Positions 44,392 through 54,978 of a DNA stretch of 57,899 nt are shown one piece after another. The notes under the pieces are model-generated. The model did no database searches. It was not told the origin of the DNA and saw nothing but the letters and a program-made list of their open reading frames with translations. The DNA is from Eubacteriales bacterium (GTDB lineage: Bacteria; Bacillota; Clostridia; Oscillospirales; CAG-272). The DNA lies in assembly GCA_045537595.1 (NCBI GenBank), contig JAZSPS010000047.1:1-57899 (forward strand), written 5' to 3'. Within the stretch, counting starts at the first letter, position 1. Each line of letters begins with the position of its first letter. Made by a program: the position numbers and the translations under genes.

Positions 44392-46255
44392 TTTGAAGCA
44401 TAAAGATAAAGCTGCCTCCGCTTCTTACGCCGCAAAAAAAGCCATGGAGGAAAAAGCGCCAAAAATGAGCCGAGGCGCGAAAATGGCAGTGGTTCGACGG
44501 ATTTCCAAGTATTTGTTCCGACATAAAAGCATGGTGGTTCTATGCTTTTTGATGATGTTGACCTCCAACATTCTTGCCCTTGCGGCTCCCAAGCTTTCCC
44601 AAAGGGCGATCGATGCCATAGAGCCCGGTGTTGGACTGGTGGATATGAGAAGTGTGATCTTCTACTGTGTCATGATGCTTATTTTCTATGTTGTATCGGC
44701 AGCCCTCTCGTATATTTTGGCAATGATGATGGTTCGGCTCAGCCAAAAGATCATTTACACCATGCGCAAGGAGCTATTCGATCATTTGACCGAATTGCCT
44801 GTGGGATATTTTGATACCCACGCTACGGGGGAAATCATCAGCCGTATTTCCTATGACATTGACACGGTGAATACCTCCCTATCTCACGATCTGCTTCAGA
44901 TTGGAGCCAGTGTTGTGACTGTCATAGGCTCGCTGATCATGATGGCATCCATTTCTCCTGTTTTATTGCTTGTCTTTGCCATTACGGTTCCCATGTCCAT
45001 TCTTTATACCAAATACCGTTCCTCGCGTGTCCGGCCGCTTTTCCGCAAACGCTCTCAGAAGCTGGGAGAGCTGAACGGCTATGCGGAGGAAATGCTTTCG
45101 GGACAAAAGGCGATTCGGGCATACAGCCGTGAAAATGTAATTTCCAATCGATTTGATGAGAAAAACAAGGAGGCGGTCACCGCCTATTATCACTCGGAAT
45201 ATTACAGCGCTATGGTAGGTCCCACCGTTAATTTTATCAACAATCTATCCCTTTCTCTGGTGACCATGCTGGGAGGTATTTTCTATTTGTTCTTTTTGAT
45301 GAATGAGACGGGAAGCACGCAGATCCTCCCCATCCTTACCATTAGCTTAGGCGGTGTTTCGGCGTTTGTGCAATATTCGAGAAAATTCGCCGGACCCATT
45401 AACGAGTTTGCCAATATCGTCAGCGATCTGCAATCAGCCGCCGCTGCCGCGGAAAAGGTTTTTGCCGTTATTGACGAGGCGCCCGAAAAGCCCGACCGTG
45501 AGGATGCGGAGATCCTCGATCAGGTTCAGGGAAATGTGGAGCTGAGCCATGTTCGTTTTGGTTATGTGCCCGAGCGAACCATTATCAAGGATCTTTCCTT
45601 AAAGGTAAAAAAGGGAAATATTATTGCGATCGTGGGTCCTACGGGGGCGGGAAAAACCACCATTATCAATTTACTGATGCGATTTTATGACGTGAATGAG
45701 GGGAAGATTCTTGTTGACGGTAAGGAGATCGAGGGGATCACCAGAGAAAGTCTCCGAAAAGCGTATACCATGGTGCTACAGGAGACCTGGCTGTTTCACG
45801 GCACGATTTATGAAAATATTACATACGGAAAGGAGGGTGCCGACCGTGAGGCGGTGGAGCGTGTGGCGAAAATGGCACACATTCATTCCTATATTGAGAC
45901 CCTGCCTGACGGCTACGATACCATCCTTTCCGATGACGGTGTCAACATTTCAAAGGGGCATAAGCAGCTGATCACCATTGCCCGCGCTATGCTTGCCGAT
46001 TCGCCTATGCTGATTCTGGATGAGGCGACCTCTAACGTAGATTCCCGTACCGAACAGAAGATTCAAGCGGCAATGTACGCGCTGATGGAGGATCGGACCT
46101 GTTTTGTGATCGCTCACCGCTTATCTACCATTCAAAACGCCGATCTGATCTTGGTGGTGAAGGACGGAAATGTTATTGAGCAAGGAAATCACGGCGAATT
46201 GATGGCGAAGGAAGGCTTCTATTATTCGCTGTACCATTCACAGTTTGAACAATAA
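44384..46255 (+). CDS. ABC transporter permease/ATPase (exporter half-transporter 2)
   Basis: TMD plus NBD with Walker A GPTGAGKTT and Walker B LILDEATS. The signature is degenerate (ISKGHKQL). The start is tentative: TTG at 44384, 8 nt after GGAGG, overlapping the upstream stop. Confidence 0.85.
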   Translation: MSNLKHKDKAASASYAAKKAMEEKAPKMSRGAKMAVVRRISKYLFRHKSMVVLCFLMMLTSNILALAAPKLSQRAIDAIEPGVGLVDMRSVIFYCVMMLIFYVVSAALSYILAMMMVRLSQKIIYTMRKELFDHLTELPVGYFDTHATGEIISRISYDIDTVNTSLSHDLLQIGASVVTVIGSLIMMASISPVLLLVFAITVPMSILYTKYRSSRVRPLFRKRSQKLGELNGYAEEMLSGQKAIRAYSRENVISNRFDEKNKEAVTAYYHSEYYSAMVGPTVNFINNLSLSLVTMLGGIFYLFFLMNETGSTQILPILTISLGGVSAFVQYSRKFAGPINEFANIVSDLQSAAAAAEKVFAVIDEAPEKPDREDAEILDQVQGNVELSHVRFGYVPERTIIKDLSLKVKKGNIIAIVGPTGAGKTTIINLLMRFYDVNEGKILVDGKEIEGITRESLRKAYTMVLQETWLFHGTIYENITYGKEGADREAVERVAKMAHIHSYIETLPDGYDTILSDDGVNISKGHKQLITIARAMLADSPMLILDEATSNVDSRTEQKIQAAMYALMEDRTCFVIAHRLSTIQNADLILVVKDGNVIEQGNHGELMAKEGFYYSLYHSQFEQ

Positions 46256-46269
46256 ATCATTTTCATAGC

Positions 46270-46320
46270 AAAAAATTAGGGATCATCGCTCATGTGTTAT
46301 CCGCATGAAGCTATGATCTC
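46270..46320 (-). terminator. Intrinsic terminator of the aro supraoperon (possibly bidirectional)
   Basis: Imperfect 13-bp stem GATCATCGCTCATG (46281-46294) / CATGAAGCTATGATC (46304-46318). On the - strand it is followed by AATTTTTT. Confidence 0.5.
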
Positions 46321-46393
46321 TATGATTTTAATATCGGTTTCTATTGACTGTCCGTTCTTCGCTGTACGGTATCAAAAGACTTTGGGGTACGGT

Positions 46394-46813
46394 TTACGAG
46401 AAAAATTCCAGCGCTTTTTTATATCCCTCAAATCCGAGACCGCAAATGGTTTTTTTAGCCACCATAGAAACATAAGAATGTTGACGGAAGGATTCCCGAG
46501 CGTGAATATCTGACAGATGAACCTCTACGGTGGGAATTCCAACAGCCTTTAACGCATCCAGAATCGCCACACTGGTATGGGTGTAAGCCGCGGGATTGAT
46601 CACGATCCCCTCATAAACACCGTACGCCGATTGAATGATATCAACGATTTCGCCCTCATGATTGGATTGAAACAGCGTAACCTGATGGTTAAGCTCCTCT
46701 GCCGAGCCGCGGATATATTCCTCCAAGGCGTGAAAATCCTGTTTTCCGTATATGGTTGGCTCTCGGATCCCCAGCATGTTTAAATTCGGTCCGTTAATCA
46801 CTAAAATCTTCAT
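46394..46813 (-). CDS. aroQ: Type II 3-dehydroquinate dehydratase
   Basis: 139 aa starting MKILVINGPNLNMLGIREPTIYG. Confidence 0.95.
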   Translation of the reverse strand: MKILVINGPNLNMLGIREPTIYGKQDFHALEEYIRGSAEELNHQVTLFQSNHEGEIVDIIQSAYGVYEGIVINPAAYTHTSVAILDALKAVGIPTVEVHLSDIHARESFRQHSYVSMVAKKTICGLGFEGYKKALEFFS

Positions 46814-46837
46814 GTGCTTTCCTCATTCTTATTTTTC

Positions 46838-48097
46838 TTATCGTTTTTTTGCATGAGCTTTTAAGGCGTTCAGCATTGCCTCGGCGGTTTTCTCGGGAAT
46901 TTCGGTGCTTTGGATCCGAAGGTCGGCAAACCGTTCGTAGGCATCCTTACGTGCCTGATAAAGCTCCTCTACCGATCTTTGTTGGGAGAGGGGTCTGCCT
47001 CCTGTGGCAAGGCGTGAAAGCTCCCGTTCCAAGTATATAAGAATCCCGTTTTGATGTAAGGGAGCGTAGTTCTGCTCCCGAGTGACGGCACCGCCTCCGC
47101 AGGCAATAACCGTGCCGCTCATTTTTCCAAGCTCGCAAAGAACCTCATGCTCCATTTCACGGAAGCGGGGTTCTCCCAAGGCTTGGATGGCTTCCGCCGG
47201 TGTAATGCCATGGTGCTTTTCAAACTCTATATCCGCGTCATAAAAACGCCGTCCTGTCATTTCAGCCAAGTGTTGTCCCACCGTGCTTTTTCCGCATCCC
47301 GGCATACCGATCAGGATGATGTTATGGGTTTGCAGGGCGATTTTTTGAGTGATTTCCTCAATAATGCCTTCCTCTGCCTTATCTCCCGTGAAAAACTCAA
47401 ATGCCTTAACCGCCTGTGCCACCAGCATATACAGTCCGTTGATACAAGGGATCCCTCGCTGCTCCGCTTCTAAAAGAAGGGAGGTTCTGGCGGGATTATA
47501 AATGACATCCAGCACGCCGTGACAGTTGGGGAACATGGCAAGGCTGATCAATGATTTCCCGTTATTCGGATACATGCCCACGGGGGTTGCGTTTACGATG
47601 ACATCCGCATCGGAATGCTTGCCGATATTTTCATAATTATTTTCCAGATTCAGGTCAACCACAACGATTTCCGCGGCACCGCGGTCTTGCAAAACAGTTT
47701 GCACCGTCAGAGAGGCGCCTCCGTTTCCGAGGATCACCGCTTTTTTGTCTTTTACGTCAATGCCGGACGCGCTCAACATTCCATCAAATCCAAAATAGTC
47801 GGTATTATAGCCGTCAAGTCTTCCGTCCGCACGCCGAACAACGGTGTTTACCGCGCCGATGCGCTCTGCCTCCGCGGAGATGGAATTCAAAAAGGGGATT
47901 ACGGTCTTCTTATAGGGAATGGTAACATTGAAGGCATCAAAGCCGCCATTCAGAACAAATTCGCCCACTCCTTCGGTGGGGAGCTCCACCAGCTCATAGG
48001 TATAATCGGCGATCTCCGCATGGATCGGTCCTGAGAAGCTATGACCCAAATGCTCTCCGATCAGTCCGCATTTCATGTGCTGATATCCTTGTTTCAT
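46838..48097 (-). CDS. aroE/aroK: Bifunctional shikimate dehydrogenase / shikimate kinase fusion
   Basis: 419 aa. The N-terminal AroE domain has GLIGEHLGHSFS and NVTIPYK. The C-terminal AroK domain has the P-loop GMPGCGKSTVG. The ATG shares a base with the pheA stop (TGATG). Confidence 0.9.
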   Translation of the reverse strand: MKQGYQHMKCGLIGEHLGHSFSGPIHAEIADYTYELVELPTEGVGEFVLNGGFDAFNVTIPYKKTVIPFLNSISAEAERIGAVNTVVRRADGRLDGYNTDYFGFDGMLSASGIDVKDKKAVILGNGGASLTVQTVLQDRGAAEIVVVDLNLENNYENIGKHSDADVIVNATPVGMYPNNGKSLISLAMFPNCHGVLDVIYNPARTSLLLEAEQRGIPCINGLYMLVAQAVKAFEFFTGDKAEEGIIEEITQKIALQTHNIILIGMPGCGKSTVGQHLAEMTGRRFYDADIEFEKHHGITPAEAIQALGEPRFREMEHEVLCELGKMSGTVIACGGGAVTREQNYAPLHQNGILIYLERELSRLATGGRPLSQQRSVEELYQARKDAYERFADLRIQSTEIPEKTAEAMLNALKAHAKKR

Positions 48098-49242
48098 CAG
48101 ATTACCTCCGAATACGAGCCAAGATAGGAAAATTCATCACACTCATTCTCAAGCTCAGCCAACAATTGCGCCAGCTTAGGGGAATATACCGAGGCTTCCA
48201 GATCAAAATAGAACATAAATTCAAAGTCACGGTCGGGAATGGGGCGGGATTCCAGCTTGAGAAGATTGATTCCCAAGGCGTTGAAGCGAGAAAGCATGCG
48301 ATAGAGAGCGCCCGGCTTATGGGGCGTGACCACCATTAAGCTGGTTCGGTCGGCACCGGGATAGATCTCGGTTTTATTGGTGATACAAATAAAACGTGTA
48401 TGATTATTTCCATTGTCCTGAACCGCGGAGGAGACCACCTCCAAGCCGTATTGATCCGCGCAGGAGCGGGAGGAAAGGGAAGCCACATCATTTCGTTGTG
48501 ATTCGGCTACCATTTGCGCCGCTTTTGCCGTATTTTCCACTCGGGTAACCTTTACGTTGGGTCCCAAGGACGAAAGGAATGACGAGCATTGACTGATGGC
48601 TTGCTCGTGAGAAAAGATCTCTCGGATATCCGAGAGCTTTGTATTGGGCTTTGTCAGAAGATTATGATCGATTTTGATCCGTACCGTGCGTACGATACGG
48701 AATTTTCGGCTGATCATCAGATCATATACCTGCTTGACAGAGCCTGCGGTACTGTTTTCAATGGGGATCACGCCATAGCGGCACATGCCCGATTCAATGG
48801 CGGAAAAGACCTTTTCCCAGTTATTAAAGAACATGATATTTGGTACTTTAAAGAGGCGCTCCGCGGCAATTTGGGAATATGCTCCCTCTACGCCTTGACA
48901 CGCGACAATCGCCCGCTCGGGAAAGATCAGAGGCGTATTTTCGATGGCATCGGTAATTTCCGTATAAAGAGGAGAATGTATGCCAAGTCTGTTATACTGA
49001 TAAGAGCGTGACAGGTCTAAAATCGTGGAGTAAAGCGTACGGGAATACTCCTCAAATTCCTCTCCCGACAGCTCTGATATTTTTTCCAACAGGGCACGCT
49101 CACGGGAGGGATCCAACACCCGCATATGATTTTCCCGCTTATATTCGGCTACTTCCGCCGATACGTTCATGCGCTTGATGAACAGCGGAACCAGCTCACG
49201 GTCAATGCGATCAATTTGTTCTCTTAATTCTTTCAGTTCCAT
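48097..49242 (-). CDS. pheA: Bifunctional chorismate mutase / prephenate dehydratase
   Basis: 381 aa with an N-terminal CM helix (ELREQIDRIDRELVPLFIKR), a PDT domain (ACQGVEGAYS) and a C-terminal ACT domain (ESRP). Confidence 0.9.
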   Translation of the reverse strand: MELKELREQIDRIDRELVPLFIKRMNVSAEVAEYKRENHMRVLDPSRERALLEKISELSGEEFEEYSRTLYSTILDLSRSYQYNRLGIHSPLYTEITDAIENTPLIFPERAIVACQGVEGAYSQIAAERLFKVPNIMFFNNWEKVFSAIESGMCRYGVIPIENSTAGSVKQVYDLMISRKFRIVRTVRIKIDHNLLTKPNTKLSDIREIFSHEQAISQCSSFLSSLGPNVKVTRVENTAKAAQMVAESQRNDVASLSSRSCADQYGLEVVSSAVQDNGNNHTRFICITNKTEIYPGADRTSLMVVTPHKPGALYRMLSRFNALGINLLKLESRPIPDRDFEFMFYFDLEASVYSPKLAQLLAELENECDEFSYLGSYSEVI

Positions 49243-49274
49243 AATTTTTTATCCTTTTTTATAACGATAAGCTT

Positions 49275-50459
49275 TTATGTGTGTTTTTTTCGAAATCCCA
49301 AATATGCCATAACAAGGATCAATATGGGGAAGAAAATAGACAGTAAAAAGGGAATTTTTAAATTATTTCCGAACGCCTCGGCGATCCATCCGACTGCCGT
49401 GGGACCCACCATGCAGCCGATGTCGCCCGCCATGGCGAGAAGAGCGAACATTTTAACTCCTCCCCAAGGAACTCCGGCTGAGGCGAGGCTATAGGTTCCC
49501 GGCCACAAAATTCCCACCGAAAGTCCGCATAACGCGCATCCGCAAAGAGCGAGCAGAGGCCAAGGAGACAGGGCGGCGATCAGAAAGGATATAATGCAGA
49601 GGAGAGATGAAAAAACAATAAACCGAAGAAGATTGATGCGCCCTCCTGATTTTCCGTATATCACTCGGGCAGAGCCCATAAGGATGGCAAACAGGCAGGG
49701 ACCCAGAATATCTCCCACGGTTTTAGAGACACCCAAGCCCGACTCCGCAAAGCTGGATGCCCACTGTCCCATGGCTTGCTCTGCCGCGCCCGCGCAAAAC
49801 ATCATAATGAAAAAGAGCCAAAAGATCCCCGATCGGAAAAGAGAATGGGAATGTTCCTTTTGCGGATCCTCAAGAGCTTCCAGCGAATAAATGGGGACAA
49901 AGCAAAAGGCGATGGCGCCTACTGTGGGAATGATTGCCCAAAGGCAGGAAAGAATCCGCCAATGCCCGATTCCCGCCACACTGAAAAATACAGTGGAGAG
50001 CAACACCACGCCAGCCAGCCCCCAGCTGTAAAAGGAATGGAGCAAGCTCATTGCTGAGCTTTTTTCATCGGTTGGGCACGCCTCAACAATGGGACTGATC
50101 ATAACCTCAATGATCCCTCCGCCGATGGCGGCGATGATCACCGAGATCATCAATCCCATATAAGGGGAGGGGAGCGCCTCGGGAAGCCAAGCGAAGCCTG
50201 TCATACCTACAACGGCGCATAAGTGTGCGAGGATGACCGAGCCCCGTGTGTTAAACTTTTTTGAATATTTTGCCATGATCGCGTCAGAAAGCAATTGCGT
50301 TAAAAAGCTGATGGCGATGAGCAGACTGATCTTTCCCATGGAAATATGATAGGTGTTTTCAAATGTGATAAAAAGAAGGGGAGCGAAATTAATGGTGATT
50401 GCCTGAGTCAGGTAGCCGATATATGCCGCTCGGATCGTGTGTTGCGCTGTAAGTTTCAT
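49275..50459 (-). CDS. MFS transporter
   Basis: 394 aa from the ATG at 50459. About 12 hydrophobic segments. It is embedded between aroC and pheA. Confidence 0.8.
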   Translation of the reverse strand: MKLTAQHTIRAAYIGYLTQAITINFAPLLFITFENTYHISMGKISLLIAISFLTQLLSDAIMAKYSKKFNTRGSVILAHLCAVVGMTGFAWLPEALPSPYMGLMISVIIAAIGGGIIEVMISPIVEACPTDEKSSAMSLLHSFYSWGLAGVVLLSTVFFSVAGIGHWRILSCLWAIIPTVGAIAFCFVPIYSLEALEDPQKEHSHSLFRSGIFWLFFIMMFCAGAAEQAMGQWASSFAESGLGVSKTVGDILGPCLFAILMGSARVIYGKSGGRINLLRFIVFSSLLCIISFLIAALSPWPLLALCGCALCGLSVGILWPGTYSLASAGVPWGGVKMFALLAMAGDIGCMVGPTAVGWIAEAFGNNLKIPFLLSIFFPILILVMAYLGFRKKHT

Positions 50460-50530
50460 AAAAAACCTTTCTGATCTGACATTTTCTGATCTTTGCCAAT
50501 ATGCCAATCTATGTAAGGCAAAGCTTTTGG

Positions 50531-51625
50531 TTATATGTTATTCTCAGCAAGGAGAGCGTCGCAAACGGCAATGGCTGCCGCCGCTTCAAAAACAGGGACG
50601 GCGCGTAAAACGATGCAGGGATCGTGTCTTCCCTTGATGGAAAGCTTAACAGGTTGCATTGTGAACATATCTACGCTATCCTGTTCCTTAGAAATAGAGG
50701 GTGTGGGTTTCAGCGCGGCACGGAAGATCAGGGGCATTCCTGTACTCATTCCCCCCAGAATCCCTCCCGCGTGATTGGTTTTTGTAAAGATTCTTTTGCC
50801 GTCGGTATAAAAGGCATCGTTATTTTGAGAGCCTCGCAAAGCGGCGGAGCCAAAGCCCAGACCAAACTCAATTCCTTTTACCGCGGGAATTCCGAAAACG
50901 ATGGAGGAGATACGGTTTTCCATACCATCGAACATATGCTCTCCCAATCCCGCGGGAAGTCCGATCACGGCGCACTCTACAATGCCGCCAACAGAATCTC
51001 CCTCGGCACGGACTTCTTCTATCAGTTTACGCATTTTTTTGCCTTGTTGCTCATCCAGCACGGGAAAATCCTGCCGAGCTTCCAATATATTCAATTCCTT
51101 TTCACTTACATTCGCGGTATGGAAGGGAAGATCCCCAATACCGCCGATCGCGTACACATGGGCGGCGATCCGAATATTTTTTTGTCTGAGATATTGCAGG
51201 CATATTCCCCCCACAGCGCAAAGAGGGGCAGTCAATCTCCCCGAAAAATGTCCGCCGCCCCGAAGATCTACCGCCTCACCGTATTTCATGCGTGCCGCGT
51301 AATCCGCGTGAGAGGGGCGTGGGATAAAGGACAAATTGGAATAATCGGAGGATCGCTGGTTCGTGTTTCGTATAATTACGTGCAATTCCTCTCCGTTCAG
51401 GGTACAATTGTTTTCCACACCCGAAAGAAATACAGGCAGATCCGCCTCTTTTCTTGGCGTTGACAGGGAGTTTTGTCCCGGCGCGCGGCGCTTCATAAAT
51501 TGGAGTAGCTTTTCCATATCAAAGGTAAAGCCCTTGGGCAGACCCGTAAGGATCGCTCCGATCTCGGGATCGTGAGAACCGCCATAGACCGATAGATTGA
51601 TTTTTTTTCCGTAATTGGTGGACAT
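50531..51625 (-). CDS. aroC: Chorismate synthase
   Basis: 364 aa from the ATG at 51625, with YGGSHD, GGGHFSGRLTA and KGRHDPC motifs. Confidence 0.92.
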   Translation of the reverse strand: MSTNYGKKINLSVYGGSHDPEIGAILTGLPKGFTFDMEKLLQFMKRRAPGQNSLSTPRKEADLPVFLSGVENNCTLNGEELHVIIRNTNQRSSDYSNLSFIPRPSHADYAARMKYGEAVDLRGGGHFSGRLTAPLCAVGGICLQYLRQKNIRIAAHVYAIGGIGDLPFHTANVSEKELNILEARQDFPVLDEQQGKKMRKLIEEVRAEGDSVGGIVECAVIGLPAGLGEHMFDGMENRISSIVFGIPAVKGIEFGLGFGSAALRGSQNNDAFYTDGKRIFTKTNHAGGILGGMSTGMPLIFRAALKPTPSISKEQDSVDMFTMQPVKLSIKGRHDPCIVLRAVPVFEAAAAIAVCDALLAENNI

Positions 51626-51727
51626 GAGTATTCCTTTCCGCAAAGTCTATTATACATTTTGTGTATTTTTTATCTTACTTATCCGATGCATCCGACAATC
51701 ATGGGGGATTTTCAAAGTCTCAAAAAT

Positions 51728-52993
51728 TTAAATCGTTTTGATGATTTCCAATCCCAGTTCTGCCATATCGTCCCAAAACGCGGGATAGGATTTTGCCGCG
51801 GCTTGCGCGTTTTCCACAGTTACAGGGGAATGGCATACCACCGAGGCAACAGCGGCGCTCATGGCAATGCGGTGATCGCCAAAGGAGGACACGGTTCCGC
51901 CCAAAAGCTCTTTTTTTCCGTAGATGATCAAACCGTCCTCGGTTTCGCTTACGTTAGCGCCCAGTGTATTTAATACGGTACGCACCGTGACAAGACGGTC
52001 ACTTTCTTTAATTCTGAGACGGGCGGCGTTTCGGATCACGGTTTTACCCTCCGCTACCGAAGCAACGGTGGCAAGAATGGGAACCAGATCGGGGATTTGC
52101 GACGCGTCGATCTCAATTCCGCAAAGCCGAGCGGGGCTTACGGTGACAGAGTCTTGCGTTTCTTCTGCCAAGGCGCCAAAGCGCTTCAGCAGTGTCACAA
52201 TGGCTTGGTCTCCTTGTCGGGATTCCGAATTTAGACCGCAAACGGTGACAGGGGCTTTTCCCAAGGCTCCGAGACACAAGGAAAAGGCGGCGTTGGACCA
52301 ATCTCCTTCTACCGTTGCCTCGCCGGGAGAACGAAGTCCGTTATTTTCACGAATTTCAATTTTTTCCATATGACGGATGGCATAAAGTCCGAATTGAGCC
52401 AGTGCTTCCATTGTCATATCCACATAGGGAGCGGATTCCAGCTTCCCCTCAATTTCAATGATTCCTGTTTTTCCCGATATTGCCAGCGCGAAAAGCAATC
52501 CGCTGATAAATTGAGATGATACCGAGCCTGAGATAGAAAAACGATTTCCCTCAAGCTTTCCTTTACACAGCAATGGATTGGAGCCTATGGGAGAAAATCG
52601 AATGCCGTGCGCCTCCAATTCCTCACGAAGGGGAGAGAGGGGGCGTTGCGGCAGACGTCCTGCCATAACAAAGGAAGCGTCAAGTCCCAGCATGCACGTG
52701 AGGGGAAGCAAAAAACGCAGGGTAGAGCCGCTTTCGCCGCAGTCCAGTGAGGGGGAGTGTGTCAGTGTGCCCACAGGTGTGACCCGAAAAACGGGATCCT
52801 GCCGTACGATTTTTGCGCCAATGGCATTCAAACAGCGAACGGTAGCGGTAATATCCTCATTGATCTCCTCACAGCGGATGACGGTCTCCTTATCCGCGAA
52901 AGCGGCACAAATCAAAAGTCTGTGGGCGGCGGATTTAGACGCAATGGCTTTGATCGTTCCGTGAGGTGAGGAGGGTAAGATGCATACCTTCAT
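51728..52993 (-). CDS. aroA: 3-phosphoshikimate 1-carboxyvinyltransferase (EPSP synthase)
   Basis: 421 aa with KSAAHR, GESGSTLRFL and DHRIAMS motifs. Confidence 0.93.
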   Translation of the reverse strand: MKVCILPSSPHGTIKAIASKSAAHRLLICAAFADKETVIRCEEINEDITATVRCLNAIGAKIVRQDPVFRVTPVGTLTHSPSLDCGESGSTLRFLLPLTCMLGLDASFVMAGRLPQRPLSPLREELEAHGIRFSPIGSNPLLCKGKLEGNRFSISGSVSSQFISGLLFALAISGKTGIIEIEGKLESAPYVDMTMEALAQFGLYAIRHMEKIEIRENNGLRSPGEATVEGDWSNAAFSLCLGALGKAPVTVCGLNSESRQGDQAIVTLLKRFGALAEETQDSVTVSPARLCGIEIDASQIPDLVPILATVASVAEGKTVIRNAARLRIKESDRLVTVRTVLNTLGANVSETEDGLIIYGKKELLGGTVSSFGDHRIAMSAAVASVVCHSPVTVENAQAAAKSYPAFWDDMAELGLEIIKTI

Positions 52994-52998
52994 TTCTT

Positions 52999-54060
52999 TT
53001 ATACCTTTTGTAATCCTTTCTCGATGAAGTCGGAAAGCTCATGGATGGGAATGGTGTACAGTCGGCTGTCACCGATCCCAAAAGGAACGACCAAGGTAAT
53101 ATCGTTGCCGTTTCGCTTTTTATCCGCTGAGGCGGCATGCGCCAGCTCCTCCGCGGGATAAGCGCAGCTTACAGGCAGGTTATGAGCCTTCAGGATACGG
53201 ATCAGCGCGTCAAGATCCTCCTGGGGGCAGATGCGCATATCTACTGCCGCACGGGTGACGATCACCATACCGATTGCAACCGCACTGCCGTGAGAAACGC
53301 TGAATTGTGAGCATGCCTCAATGGCATGTCCCACGGTATGGCCAAGGTTCAGAAGCTGTCGGGTTCCCCGATCAAACTCGTCTCCCTCTACCACATGGCT
53401 CTTATTTATAACGCAACGCGCGATCACCTCTTCGATCTGCTCTCGTATCCCGTTTTTTAGTATCTCAAAGAAGGGCTTATCGTTGATCACGCCGTATTTG
53501 ATAACCTCGGCGCAGCCATCGGCAAAGATTTGAGGAGGAAGGGTATCAAGCGTTGTGTAATCGCAGAGGACCAAGGAGGGCTGATGAAACGCTCCCGCAA
53601 GATTTTTTCCGGCTTTTAGGTCTACCCCCGTTTTTCCTCCCACAGAGGAGTCTACCGCGGCAAGCAGTGTGGTGGGGATCTGAATAAAAGGGATCCCCCT
53701 CAGATAAATGGCTGAGGCAAAGCCTGTCAGGTCGCCTACAACCCCACCGCCCAAGGCGACCATAGCCGCTCCGCGTGACAGACGGTTTTCTGCCAAAAAC
53801 TCCAAAAGCGCAACCAGCGTTTCTGTACTTTTGGAGCTTTCCCCGTGGGGAATGACAAAGGATATAACCTCAAAGCCTTTGGCTTCCAAGGAACGCTTGA
53901 CCTTATCCATATACAGCGGAGCTACGTTGTCATCCGAGACCACGCACAGACGACAGGGTTTCCCCAATGTTTCCAAGCAGTATTCTCCCGAATGGCTCAG
54001 CAGATCATCCCCGATGAGAATTTCATAAGAGGAGGATGCGTTTACGGTTATTTTTCTCAT
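52999..54060 (-). CDS. aroB: 3-dehydroquinate synthase
   Basis: 353 aa with GGGVVGDLTGFA and NLGHTVGHAIE motifs. Confidence 0.93.
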   Translation of the reverse strand: MRKITVNASSSYEILIGDDLLSHSGEYCLETLGKPCRLCVVSDDNVAPLYMDKVKRSLEAKGFEVISFVIPHGESSKSTETLVALLEFLAENRLSRGAAMVALGGGVVGDLTGFASAIYLRGIPFIQIPTTLLAAVDSSVGGKTGVDLKAGKNLAGAFHQPSLVLCDYTTLDTLPPQIFADGCAEVIKYGVINDKPFFEILKNGIREQIEEVIARCVINKSHVVEGDEFDRGTRQLLNLGHTVGHAIEACSQFSVSHGSAVAIGMVIVTRAAVDMRICPQEDLDALIRILKAHNLPVSCAYPAEELAHAASADKKRNGNDITLVVPFGIGDSRLYTIPIHELSDFIEKGLQKV

Positions 54061-54127
54061 AATTTTCTATCCTTGCTTAAATTTAAATGAAACTTAAAGG
54101 TTGATTATCAAGTTTTCGGAAGGAAGA

Positions 54128-54958
54128 TCATCCGTCGATCTCTTCCTTGGCGATTCTGCCGTCACGAAGCAGTGCGCAAAGTGTTTCCGCGTCCTCCGAC
54201 GAAATGGCATTCCGATATTCGGTCAAAGAGCGGATCATGGTATCAAGCTCAAAAAGCAGGGGATCTTTATTTTCCAAGAAAAGCTCGGTCCACATTTTTT
54301 CGTTTAGCCATGCCACACGGGTCATATCCTTATAGCTTCCCGCGGAAAAGCCCTTATGCCCGTGGGCTGAGGGGCTTTTCACGTATGCGTTGGACACCAC
54401 ATGGGCAAGCTGTGAGGTAAAGGCGATCATGCGGTCATGGGCATCCGCTGTGGTAACGGAAAATCTTCCGAAGCCCGCGGGGGCGAGGAGCTTTCGTATT
54501 TTATCGATGAAGGAAATATCGTCATAGATGGGAGGAACCAATACCATAGGCGCGTTTTTGAACAGGTTTTCCTTTGCGTACTTGATTCCCGAATACTGTG
54601 TACCTGCCATGGGATGTCCGCCCACAAAGGTAAATCCGTATTTTTTTGCCAAGTCAAAGCCACATTCACAGATCTGTTTTTTTGTACCGCAGAGGTCAAT
54701 CACCACCGTGTTCCGTGAAACGATGGGGGCGATCTCTTCCAGATATTCTATTGCCTTTTGCGGATAAAGTGCGATCAATATCAGGTCACAGGAGGGAAGC
54801 GTTTCATGATTGAGCACCCCGTCGGTTATACCGGCAAGAGCGGTATAGCCAAGGGTTGCCTCGTTAATATCATAGCCCAGAACGGTATGTGAGCTTGATT
54901 TATAAGCCTTTGCCATGGAACCGCCGATAAGGCCAAGTCCGCAGATTCCTACAATCAT
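54128..54958 (-). CDS. tyrA: Prephenate dehydrogenase
   Basis: 276 aa with the N-terminal Rossmann motif ICGLGLIGGS and the GGHPMAG motif. Confidence 0.9.
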   Translation of the reverse strand: MIVGICGLGLIGGSMAKAYKSSSHTVLGYDINEATLGYTALAGITDGVLNHETLPSCDLILIALYPQKAIEYLEEIAPIVSRNTVVIDLCGTKKQICECGFDLAKKYGFTFVGGHPMAGTQYSGIKYAKENLFKNAPMVLVPPIYDDISFIDKIRKLLAPAGFGRFSVTTADAHDRMIAFTSQLAHVVSNAYVKSPSAHGHKGFSAGSYKDMTRVAWLNEKMWTELFLENKDPLLFELDTMIRSLTEYRNAISSEDAETLCALLRDGRIAKEEIDG

Positions 54959-54978
54959 ATCAGTTCTCCTTTACAATG

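Noticed and set aside
50624-51463. 279-aa plus-strand ORF and neighbouring plus-strand ORFs within the aro operon
   Set aside because: They are antisense to aroC, aroA and aroB, which carry diagnostic motifs.
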